A stretch of 64,000 nt of DNA, taken from assembly GCA_964607515.1 (NCBI GenBank), contig CAZSKU010000008.1, positions 149-64,148 on the forward strand, in the 5' to 3' direction. Of the stretch, positions 36,690 to 45,092 are shown piece by piece; within the stretch, counting starts at the first letter, position 1, and each line of letters starts with the position of its first letter. The translations under genes and the position numbers were made by a program. Source of the stretch: an uncultured bacterium. GTDB taxonomy: Bacteria > Fermentibacterota > Fermentibacteria > Fermentibacterales > JCC-6. The notes under the pieces are model-generated. The model ran no database searches. It had not been told where the DNA came from and saw only the letters and a program-made list of their open reading frames with translations.

Positions 36690-37382
36690 TTGGGTCCCTT
36701 TTTCTCGACACTGAACGACTGCCTTGCGGCTTCCCTGTTGCCTGCTGCGGCGGCCTCCTTCGTTTGGGGCATTCTCGGTATGGTTCTCAGCCCCTGCCAC
36801 CTCGTGAGCGTTCCCCTGGTTTTCGGGTGTATCATGAGAAGCCGGGGGATCGAAGCGGGAACGGCGGTACCCATGGGAATCGCAGCCCTTTTCGCCCTTG
36901 GAATGACATTGTCCATCGGGGTTATCGGGCTTGCTACGAACCTTCTGGGACGGCTAGCCGGGGATGTGGGCCCCCTGGGCGAGGGGATTCTGGCGGTGCT
37001 CCTGATAGCGGTTGGGCTCTCGATTGCCGGGCTCTTTCAGATGCCTGTTCCGGGTCTGAACAAAGGAGAGATGAGCGCGGGTTCGCCAGCCCTGATTCTG
37101 GGAATCGTTTTCGGCGCAGCGCTGGGTCCGTGTACCTTCGCCTTCATGGCTCCTGTCCTGGCGGTGATGTTTAGCCTTGATTCCACCACGAAGGCTCTCG
37201 TCCTGGGATTCTCGTTCGCCGTGGGGCATGCTGGGATCGTGCTTCTGATGGGCGCTTTCGCGGGACGCATTCAGAGGGTGGTGAACTGGTCGGGACAGAG
37301 TGCCGGCGCGAGACTGCTGAGAATCGTTTCCGGCGGTCTGGTCTCCCTGGGAGGGGCATACCTCCTTCTTCGGGTGATTTAG
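36690..37382 (+). CDS. ccdA: cytochrome c biogenesis / thiol-disulfide transporter CcdA (DsbD beta-domain family)
   Basis: Six TM, two conserved membrane Cys (LSPCHL, LGPCTF); start is TTG per ORF track, uncertain. Confidence 0.65.
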   Translation: MGPFFSTLNDCLAASLLPAAAASFVWGILGMVLSPCHLVSVPLVFGCIMRSRGIEAGTAVPMGIAALFALGMTLSIGVIGLATNLLGRLAGDVGPLGEGILAVLLIAVGLSIAGLFQMPVPGLNKGEMSAGSPALILGIVFGAALGPCTFAFMAPVLAVMFSLDSTTKALVLGFSFAVGHAGIVLLMGAFAGRIQRVVNWSGQSAGARLLRIVSGGLVSLGGAYLLLRVI

Positions 37383-38755
37383 ATACCCAGAACCAGTTTC
37401 ACCGTGGTGAAGTAGATCACCACCCCGGTGATGTCCACCACCGAAGCCAGCACCGGGCTCGCCACCACCGCCGGATCCAGCCGGAACCTGTAGGCCCCCA
37501 GGGGCAGCGCAGCTCCGGCCAGGGTGGAGGTCACCACCTGAATGGCCAGGGCCATCCCTATGGCCAGACCTATCCTCTCCAGGGTGAATCCCTCGGGCAG
37601 AGGTCCGCCGTGCCCCAGCAGCATCACCCTGCCGTAGGCCAGAAGCCCCAGCAGAGCGCCCAGCATCACGGACACCCTGAGTTCCTTCCAGAGGATCCCT
37701 CCGATGTCCCGGGGGCCGAGTTCCTTCAGGGACAGGGCCCTGATCACCAGGGTCGCCGCCTGGCTTCCCGTATTGCCTCCTGCGCCGGCCAGCATGGGTA
37801 TGAAGGCCGCCAGGATGGTGAACTGGAGTAGAAGGCCCTGGAAGCTCTGAATCACGAATCCCGACACAAGTCCCAGAAGGGCCAGGCCGGTCACCCAGAA
37901 CACCCGGTTTCTGAAGTGCCCCAGGGAACCGGTTCTCAGATAGGCCGACGCCTCGTGGCTTCCGGCGATGGCCATGAACTTCTCCATGTCCTCGGTATGC
38001 TCCTGGGTGATGATGTCCAGGGCGTCGTCGTGGGTGACGATCCCCACCAGAGCCTCCGAGGTGTCCACCACGGGAAGGGCTATGAGGTCGTACTTCTGAA
38101 TCTTCCTGGCCGCCTCCTCCTGATCGTCCCCCACCCGTGCGGAGATGATCTCGGTGTGCATCAGATCTCCCACCAGCCTGTCCCTTCGGGCCACTATCAG
38201 GTCCTTCAGGGATACGTAGCCCAGAAGTCTTCTCTCCCGGTCCACTACGTAGGCCGAGTAGATGGTCTCCCGGTCCGGGGCGATCTCCCTTAGCCTCTCG
38301 ATGGCAGCGCTGGCGGTGAGGTCCGGGCTGAGGGCGGCGTAGTCCGAGGTCATCACCGCCCCGGCGGTTCCCTCGTCGTAGGCGGTGAGCCGGCGGATGT
38401 CCTCCCTTTCCGCCTGGGCCATGGCGGGAAGGATCTCTTCCCTCCGGTCCTCCGGCAGGCTCTTGAAAAGGTCCGCCCGGTCGTCCGGGGGCATGTCGGT
38501 AAGGAGCCGGGCAACCTCCCGTCGCTTCAGAATCGCGATGAGATCCACCTGGAAATCCCGGTCCATGTGGGTGAAGACGTCCGCCCGGAGCTGGCCCTCC
38601 AGATGCCTGAGGACGTCCCGGGCCTGTTCCGGGGCCAGCCCCTCCAGCACCTCGGCGGCGGTGGCGGGATGGCTCTCGCCGCACAGCTCCGCTATGGCCG
38701 GGTAGTCCGCCCGGGCCAGCAGGTCCCGCAGGACATCGGCATCGAATGGGTTCAT
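37379..38755 (-). CDS. mgtE: magnesium transporter MgtE
   Basis: N-domain, tandem CBS, C-terminal 5-TM with GAGGNTGSQAATL motif. Confidence 0.9.
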   Translation of the reverse strand: MNPFDADVLRDLLARADYPAIAELCGESHPATAAEVLEGLAPEQARDVLRHLEGQLRADVFTHMDRDFQVDLIAILKRREVARLLTDMPPDDRADLFKSLPEDRREEILPAMAQAEREDIRRLTAYDEGTAGAVMTSDYAALSPDLTASAAIERLREIAPDRETIYSAYVVDRERRLLGYVSLKDLIVARRDRLVGDLMHTEIISARVGDDQEEAARKIQKYDLIALPVVDTSEALVGIVTHDDALDIITQEHTEDMEKFMAIAGSHEASAYLRTGSLGHFRNRVFWVTGLALLGLVSGFVIQSFQGLLLQFTILAAFIPMLAGAGGNTGSQAATLVIRALSLKELGPRDIGGILWKELRVSVMLGALLGLLAYGRVMLLGHGGPLPEGFTLERIGLAIGMALAIQVVTSTLAGAALPLGAYRFRLDPAVVASPVLASVVDITGVVIYFTTVKLVLGI

Positions 38756-38908
38756 CCGGTTCTCCTCCGTTCACCCGGGGGCCCCGCCCCGGGCCGGAGG
38801 GGGGTCTACAAGACGGCTACGGCCGGGTAGAGGCAACCCCTGCGGTTCGACGGGCCGGGACTCGAAAACTCTTCTGTGCCACCACCCCCCGGAGGGGGTT
38901 GATCGGGT

Positions 38909-39286
38909 TCACTCATTGTTCTTTCGCGGGGTCCTTTCAATCCCGGGGGATATTATTGCCCCGGATGCTTCCCCGTCGCAAGGGCCGGGGGGCCTGCGAA
39001 GCCTCACGAGGTGGAGGGTTACTCCGATCCCAACCGCCAGCAGCAGAAACCTCACGGGCAGCGAGGACGAGAAACCGAGCGCCGTGACTCCCAGGCTGCC
39101 CCAGAGAACCGCCAGGGTGACGGCCCTGGTGGTGCGCCCCATGGCCCGGTGTTCCCTGTAGTTCCTGATGTAGGGGCCGAAGACCCTGTGGTTGAAAAGG
39201 TACCGGTGAAGCCTGTCGGAACTCCTTACGAAACATGCCGCCGCCAGGATGAGGAAGGGGGTGGCGGGCAGCAGGGGCAGGAACAC
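38909..39286 (-). CDS. DUF454 (YbaN) family inner-membrane protein
   Basis: Small 4-TM protein with family-typical N-terminus. Confidence 0.5.
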   Translation of the reverse strand: MFLPLLPATPFLILAAACFVRSSDRLHRYLFNHRVFGPYIRNYREHRAMGRTTRAVTLAVLWGSLGVTALGFSSSLPVRFLLLAVGIGVTLHLVRLRRPPGPCDGEASGAIISPGIERTPRKNNE

Positions 39287-39354
39287 CCCCGCCGCCCCGA
39301 GAGCCAGGAAGATAAGGCCTGCGGCCGCCAGAAGGATCCTGCCTGGAGAAATGG

Positions 39355-39885
39355 CTACTCCCCGCCCCGGGATGCCACGAAGCCAAGGGCGGCGGGAAGA
39401 CCGGTGGCCGAGGAGGTGCCGGCCCAGGTGGCCAGGTAGGCCGCTCCCAGCTTCTCGATGTGCCCCTTCTCGTTCTCGAAGTAGTTCAGGTGCACCTGTT
39501 CCTCACCGATCACCTCCTCGAATATCCTTGCAGTGACTGTATCGCCGGCCTCCCGGCACCGGGAGAGGAATCCGCTGTAGGCCGTGATGGTGTCCTCCTC
39601 CAGTACCGAGTCGAAGCCGAAGATCACCTCAACCTCCTGGCCGTGCTGAACCTTGGCGGACCTGTCGGTCCCGGGTTCTCCGCCCAGCTCCTTGATCCTC
39701 TCCGCGAACATCTCTGCGTGGCGCATCTCGTCTATGGCGATCAGCTTCACCTTTCCGGCCGGCAGCCCGTAGTCCATATCGTCGAGGTTGTAGTGCTGGT
39801 TCATGTACTGGACGATGGCGTGAAGCTCCATCGCCCTGGCCCTGTTCAGCATCTCCACCACGGCGTTCTTCTGTTCCGCCTTCAT
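39355..39885 (-). CDS. bfr: bacterioferritin-like ferritin-family protein
   Basis: Diiron ligand pattern E...ExxH...E...ExxH; start MKAEQKN with GAGGAG RBS. Confidence 0.65.
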   Translation of the reverse strand: MKAEQKNAVVEMLNRARAMELHAIVQYMNQHYNLDDMDYGLPAGKVKLIAIDEMRHAEMFAERIKELGGEPGTDRSAKVQHGQEVEVIFGFDSVLEEDTITAYSGFLSRCREAGDTVTARIFEEVIGEEQVHLNYFENEKGHIEKLGAAYLATWAGTSSATGLPAALGFVASRGGE

Positions 39886-39962
39886 ATCGGCTCCTCTCAT
39901 TCCGGCACTCCGCGGCGCCTTGCCGCCGGGAAGCCGCCGGAGCTTCCCCGTTGCCTGGTCCG

Positions 39963-41366
39963 TCAGTCCTCCACAACATTGTTCAGGAAGGTCTGCCTGG
40001 CGACCGCCCAACCCCGGCGGTCCCAGCCGGAAACCGGGTCAAGGCACCGGGCCCCCGCGACCCCCATTCCCATGGCGTGGTGCACGTTGTCGTGAACGAA
40101 CAGCCCCTGCCGACCCAGGGTGACAAGCCCCGGAATCCCCAGAAGCCATCGGTCCATGGCGTCGAAATGCGGGCGCCACCCGGGGGGATAGGAAGGGTAG
40201 GCTTCGGGTATCCTTCTTGTAAAAACCGCTTCCACCGACGGCAGGGGAAGCCCAGCTCCGGCCATCTGCCGGACCGCCGCGAAGGCGATCTCCCGGTCGT
40301 CCATGCTCCACACCGGGTCGCTCCTCCAGCAGGGAATCTCGAGGCAGATACCGGTTCCGTTTTCCGTTTCTTCCGCTCCTTCGTAGTTGAGCCTCTCGGA
40401 CACCCTGGAGAAGGATGTTCCCCTGCCCGGAAAGTAATGGGCGTCGAAGGGGGTTAGCCTTCCCGTTCCGAGCTTGAGGAAGAGCAGCACCATGGACCTG
40501 AAGCCCAGGGAGCCCGCCGCTTTCGCAATCTCCACAGGCGCATCCGGTTTCAGGACGGCCGCCAGGTCGGGCAGGGGCAGGGTGGAGAAGATGAAGTCCG
40601 CAGGAAGAGTATCGTCCAGCCCGTCCCTGCGGAAATTCACCCTGCCGGGTTCAGCGGCGGAGGGAGCTACGACTTCCTTCGCCTCCGCTCCCGTGATCAC
40701 CCTGCCTCCCAAGGTCTCTATCCTCTCCGCGGCGGCTGTGAAAAGGCCGCCGAAGCCTCCCCGGGGGTAGTGGAACACCCTTCTCCTGCCCCGGCTGGAG
40801 ACGGCCCTTCGAATCATGGCGCCCAGGGACCCGGAAGCCACCCTCCTTCGGGCCTGCTCCCGGTCCAGCTCCCCGGCGGGAAGCCCCCAGAGCTTCTCGG
40901 CGTAAGGTCCGTAGAACCTTCCGGAGACGGTCCTGCCGAACCGGCGCTCCATGACGCTTCCGAAGGAGGCCCCTTCCCGGGGCATTTTTCGCAAGGGCAC
41001 CAGAAGGGCGTCCCGAAGGATCCCCGCGGTGAAGGAGGGGGGCAGCTTAAGCATCGCGTCCAATGGTTTCAGGGGAAACTTCAGAAACTTTCCCTCCAGG
41101 AGAATCCTGCCGTTTCTGGGCACCGTGAGCAGCCCGTCCCCCAGGAGTTCCCGGGCCCTGTCCAGAATGTCCGCCGGGGCGGCAGGATGCAGCCTGTGGC
41201 TTCCCTGGTCCCAGACGAGTCCCTCCCTGGGGAAGCTGCCCGCCAGCCCTCCGGGAAACTCCTCCCTCTCCAGAACCGAGACATTCAGCCCGGGGTGCCT
41301 CGACAGAAGCTCAAGCGCGGTCCAGAGTCCGCAGGGACCTCCCCCCAGCACCGCCACCCGGCTCAC
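39963..41366 (-). CDS. FAD/NAD(P)-dependent oxidoreductase (amine-oxidase / PPOX-like fold)
   Basis: N-terminal VAVLGGGPCGLWTALEL Rossmann motif; start inferred as GTG just after asnB stop; ORF-track N-terminal 161 aa overlaps asnB and is rejected. Confidence 0.6.
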   Translation of the reverse strand: MSRVAVLGGGPCGLWTALELLSRHPGLNVSVLEREEFPGGLAGSFPREGLVWDQGSHRLHPAAPADILDRARELLGDGLLTVPRNGRILLEGKFLKFPLKPLDAMLKLPPSFTAGILRDALLVPLRKMPREGASFGSVMERRFGRTVSGRFYGPYAEKLWGLPAGELDREQARRRVASGSLGAMIRRAVSSRGRRRVFHYPRGGFGGLFTAAAERIETLGGRVITGAEAKEVVAPSAAEPGRVNFRRDGLDDTLPADFIFSTLPLPDLAAVLKPDAPVEIAKAAGSLGFRSMVLLFLKLGTGRLTPFDAHYFPGRGTSFSRVSERLNYEGAEETENGTGICLEIPCWRSDPVWSMDDREIAFAAVRQMAGAGLPLPSVEAVFTRRIPEAYPSYPPGWRPHFDAMDRWLLGIPGLVTLGRQGLFVHDNVHHAMGMGVAGARCLDPVSGWDRRGWAVARQTFLNNVVED

Positions 41367-41374
41367 CGGGGAGT

Positions 41375-43324
41375 TCAGAGCCTGCTCCTTCCAGGAAGGA
41401 TGTAGTCCAGGTAGCGGGTGGAAGCCAGGTACAGGTCGTACCAGAGGGCGTAGTTCAGAATACCCCAGATGGCCCTTCCGTGATCGGACACCCCCTGCTG
41501 GTGCTCCCGCCAGAGGAGTTCGATTCCCTTGCGGTCCAGAAGTCCGGAGGAGAGCGCCCCTGAGGAGAAGAGGGTGTCCCGGGCGAACTCCTTCAGGGAC
41601 GACCTGAACCAGTCGGAATAGGGCATTTCCAGCCCCACTTTCCTCTTCCGCAGCACAGGATCCGGAAGCACCCCCTTCATGGCCCGCCGAAGGAGGTTCT
41701 TCTTCCTCAGACCTGGAAGCTTGAGGCTGTCGGGAACAGAAGCCAGAAACCTGACCAGGGCCGTGTCGGTGAAGGGCACCCGGGCCTCCACCGAATAGGC
41801 CATGGTCATCCTGTCGTTTTTGATCATCAGGTCGTTGGGAAGGTGGCAACAGGAGTCAATTCTCAGGATCCGGGAGAGGTCCGTCTCCCCGGGATGGCTT
41901 TGGTAGATTCCGCCGAAGTATGAGTCCGACCCGGAAAACCCGCCTGTAACCGCCCCGGGAAAGACCATCTCCCGGGTGGAACCGGTGAGTACGGCCCTCC
42001 ATGCGAAATGAGACTCGGGCACCCCAAGCTCGCACCCCGAGGTGAACCTCTTGGCCTTGAACTCGAAACTGAGCTTGCGGCGGGAGACCGGAAGCATCCT
42101 GGCCGCCGGTGCGGCCACCCCCCTCCGGATGAAACCCGGAACCCACCTTCTGTAAAGAGCCCTGGCCTTAAGGGCCGCGTGGGTGTCGTAACCCGCGAAC
42201 ACCTCGTCCCCCCCCTCGCCGGAGAGCAGCACGGTCACCAGGGGGGCCGCCTTCCCGGAGAGCATCATGGTGGGCACCGCGGAACCGTCGCCGTAGGGCT
42301 CGTCTATGTGGGCGAGACACCTGGGAAGCATGTCCGCCACCCTTTCAGGCAGCACAGGTATCGTATGGTGCTCGGTGCCCAGCCGGCCGGCCACCATGGC
42401 TGCGTAACGGGATTCGTCGAAACTCGGCTCGCGGAAGGCAAGGGAAAAGGTGTGGAAACTCTCCCCTCCCCGGCTCCGGGCCATCAGGGCCGCCAGGGCG
42501 CTGGAATCCAGCCCCCCGGAGAGCATGACACCCACAGGCACATCGCTTACCAGCTGCCGGTCCACCGCCTCCCCCAGAAGCCGCCGGGATTCCTCCACGG
42601 CGGTGTTCAGGTCCATTCTCCGGTCCTGTGTGTAATCCAGGTCGAAGAACCTTCGTCTGGAAACCTCCCCTCCGCCGGGGCGGTATTCCAGCAGGGTGCC
42701 GGGTTCCAGCTCGGTGATGCCCCGGAAGGGGGTGAGGTTCCCGGGTACGTAGTTGAAGGCCAGGTAATGGAAAAGAGCCTCCGGGTCGGCTTCCCGGGAT
42801 GCTCCTGGAACCTGGAGCAAAGCCTTGATTTCGGAGGCGAACCACAGGGCGCCCCGGTGTTCACGCAGAAAGAGAGGCTTGATGCCGAAGGGGTCCCTGG
42901 CCAGAAGAAGGAGGTTCCGCCGGGAGTCCCAGATCGCCATGGCGAACATGCCTTCAAGGTGCTCCGGGAACGTGGGGCCAAGGGTTTCGTAAAGCCGCAG
43001 AATAACCTCGGTGTCGGTGCGGGAGCGGAACGGGCCCGGCTTCTCCAGACCGAACCGGCTGGAAAGCTCGCGGAAATTGTAGACTTCCCCGTTGTAGACG
43101 ATCCAGACGGTGCCTTCAGGGTTACCCATCGGCTGCCTGCCCGCCGGAGTGAGGTCGATGACGGAGAGCCTCCGGTGGGCCAGTCCGCAGGGCCCGCTCC
43201 ACACTGATCCGTGGTCGTCCGGGCCCCGGTGGGCCAGCACCCCGGACATTGCCGTCAGGGCGGCTTCCGTCTCAGGCCCCGGGGACTCCCGACGGGCCAG
43301 GAGGACTCCCGCGAAACCGCACAC
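41375..43324 (-). CDS. asnB: asparagine synthetase B-type glutamine amidotransferase
   Basis: MCGFAG Ntn-hydrolase start, SGGLDSS PP-loop. Confidence 0.85.
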   Translation of the reverse strand: MCGFAGVLLARRESPGPETEAALTAMSGVLAHRGPDDHGSVWSGPCGLAHRRLSVIDLTPAGRQPMGNPEGTVWIVYNGEVYNFRELSSRFGLEKPGPFRSRTDTEVILRLYETLGPTFPEHLEGMFAMAIWDSRRNLLLLARDPFGIKPLFLREHRGALWFASEIKALLQVPGASREADPEALFHYLAFNYVPGNLTPFRGITELEPGTLLEYRPGGGEVSRRRFFDLDYTQDRRMDLNTAVEESRRLLGEAVDRQLVSDVPVGVMLSGGLDSSALAALMARSRGGESFHTFSLAFREPSFDESRYAAMVAGRLGTEHHTIPVLPERVADMLPRCLAHIDEPYGDGSAVPTMMLSGKAAPLVTVLLSGEGGDEVFAGYDTHAALKARALYRRWVPGFIRRGVAAPAARMLPVSRRKLSFEFKAKRFTSGCELGVPESHFAWRAVLTGSTREMVFPGAVTGGFSGSDSYFGGIYQSHPGETDLSRILRIDSCCHLPNDLMIKNDRMTMAYSVEARVPFTDTALVRFLASVPDSLKLPGLRKKNLLRRAMKGVLPDPVLRKRKVGLEMPYSDWFRSSLKEFARDTLFSSGALSSGLLDRKGIELLWREHQQGVSDHGRAIWGILNYALWYDLYLASTRYLDYILPGRSRL

Positions 43325-43328
43325 CGGG

Positions 43329-44216
43329 CTAGCGCCTTACCGCAAGCGCCTCGGCGACCATGCCCACCAGCAGCACCTGAAGGCCGGAAACCATGAAGAT
43401 CACCGTGCTGGTGGATATGACCGGATAGCTCAGAAGCTCAGCTCCCAGCCCGACGCTGCCCACGGCGATGGTCATGTCCAGGGCCAGTTTCAACAGCCCC
43501 GCCAGGAACAGGGCCAGGGAAACCGGCAGGAAGACCTTAAGGGGCCGGAACAGAACCGCCAGCCGGAATACCAGCATGAGAAATCCGGCGAAATGACCGG
43601 GTCTGATTTTCGAAGTTCCCTCCCTGGTGTGGTAGTCCACCGGCACGAACGCCACGGGAAGGCCGTCGCAGAGGGAAGCCACGGTGACGGTGGTGGTGAA
43701 GGAGAAGCCGTCGGGAAGAAGATTCATGTATCTAAGGGCCAGCTTCCTGGTGAAGATTCGAAGGCCCGAGTTGAGGTCGGGTATCCTTATGCCGGTGAGG
43801 CGGTTGGCCAGCCGGTTGAGAATCCACTTGGCCGGCTTCCTGGCCAGGGGAATCCGAACGGTCCCGCCGGTGCGGCTTCCAACGGCCATCTCCGCCCCTT
43901 CCATGGCGGCCAGCAGGTCGGGGATACGCTCCGCCGGGTAGGTTCCGTCGGCGTCTATGATGGCCAGGAGATCGGAATCCGTACCTCCGATCCCTGTCTT
44001 CAGGGCGGCTCCGTAGCCGCGGTTCACCGGATGTGCCAGCACCCGGGCTCCAGCGGTGGAGGCCAGCTCCCCGGTGGTGTCGGTGGAACCGTCGTCCACC
44101 ACCACCACCTCCCCCGGAATACCGGAGCGTTCCATCACATCCCTCACCTTCCTGACCGTGGAGACGATGGACTGCTCCTCGTTGAAGGCGGGCACTATCA
44201 CCGAAAGCCGGTTCAA
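43329..44216 (-). CDS. family-2 glycosyltransferase (Dpm1/GtrB-like, C-terminal TM anchors)
   Basis: LSVIVPAFNEE, DDGSTD, DAD motifs. Confidence 0.8.
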   Translation of the reverse strand: MNRLSVIVPAFNEEQSIVSTVRKVRDVMERSGIPGEVVVVDDGSTDTTGELASTAGARVLAHPVNRGYGAALKTGIGGTDSDLLAIIDADGTYPAERIPDLLAAMEGAEMAVGSRTGGTVRIPLARKPAKWILNRLANRLTGIRIPDLNSGLRIFTRKLALRYMNLLPDGFSFTTTVTVASLCDGLPVAFVPVDYHTREGTSKIRPGHFAGFLMLVFRLAVLFRPLKVFLPVSLALFLAGLLKLALDMTIAVGSVGLGAELLSYPVISTSTVIFMVSGLQVLLVGMVAEALAVRR

Positions 44217-44265
44217 TTGGCTCCTTCAGGGGCGGCCCGCGCCCGGAGACGCGGGCCGTCGGAGG

Positions 44266-44508
44266 TTACTTCAGCCTGCCGAGGGTGGCGAAAAGCCCCC
44301 AGAGGCCCGCGGCGCCGACCACGATGTAGATGATTCGGGCTATGTCCCAGCCGATCCCGATAATCCCCATCAGAAGGTCTTGTTGATTGTTGAGCGCGTA
44401 AATGCCCCAGTTGACGCCTCCCACGACCAGCAGGATGAGAGCGAGGTAGTCCACGAAACAGGCTTTCTTCCCGGCCAAATCACCCCTCCTTTCCGGTTCG
44501 TCGTTCAT
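44266..44508 (-). CDS. DUF378 small membrane protein
   Basis: 80 aa, two TM, VGGVNWG motif. Confidence 0.5.
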   Translation of the reverse strand: MNDEPERRGDLAGKKACFVDYLALILLVVGGVNWGIYALNNQQDLLMGIIGIGWDIARIIYIVVGAAGLWGLFATLGRLK

Positions 44509-44519
44509 GTGCCAATCTA

Positions 44520-45092
44520 TTATACGAAATCCCCGGAAACGCCCAGCATCTTCAGGTTCGCCTTCAGAGCGCCCCCGGAGAGAAGGTCCGCCAGGGCGGA
44601 GGCCAGATGGTCCGGCCGGAGACCGGGAATCAGCCCGTTGCCCAGCACCTCCCTCAGAAGGGCGGTGTTCTGCATTCTGGAGTCGGGAAGGTCGTCCCGG
44701 AAGACCCTCACCACCCGGATTCCCCTCCGGGCGCACTCCCGGTGGAGCGCTTCCGTCGAGACCTCCGGTTCGGAACCGTTCCTCACCGCGAAGGGCTGCC
44801 ACACCGCATCGTAGTACGCCAGGGCGCCCCGGTCCCTGAGATAGCCGTTCACCGCCCTGAGAGCCTCGTGCCTTTCCAGTGCCAGAACCAGATCGGCGCA
44901 TCGGGGGGATATCAGGGGGGAGTACTCCCCTGGACCGGTTCTGATCTGGGAGACAACCACGCCTCCCCGCTGGGCCAGTCCGTGGGTGTCCACTCCACGA
45001 ACCTCCATTCCCGCCCGGGAAAGGGCCCTCAGCAGGGCCTCGCTCAGCAGGCCGATTCCCTGTCCCCCCACGCCGGTGATGTAGATGTTCAT
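44520..45092 (-). CDS. iorB: indolepyruvate:ferredoxin oxidoreductase subunit beta
   Basis: MNIYITGVGGQGIG...GLAQRGGVV gamma-domain; ATGA overlap with iorA. Confidence 0.75.
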   Translation of the reverse strand: MNIYITGVGGQGIGLLSEALLRALSRAGMEVRGVDTHGLAQRGGVVVSQIRTGPGEYSPLISPRCADLVLALERHEALRAVNGYLRDRGALAYYDAVWQPFAVRNGSEPEVSTEALHRECARRGIRVVRVFRDDLPDSRMQNTALLREVLGNGLIPGLRPDHLASALADLLSGGALKANLKMLGVSGDFV

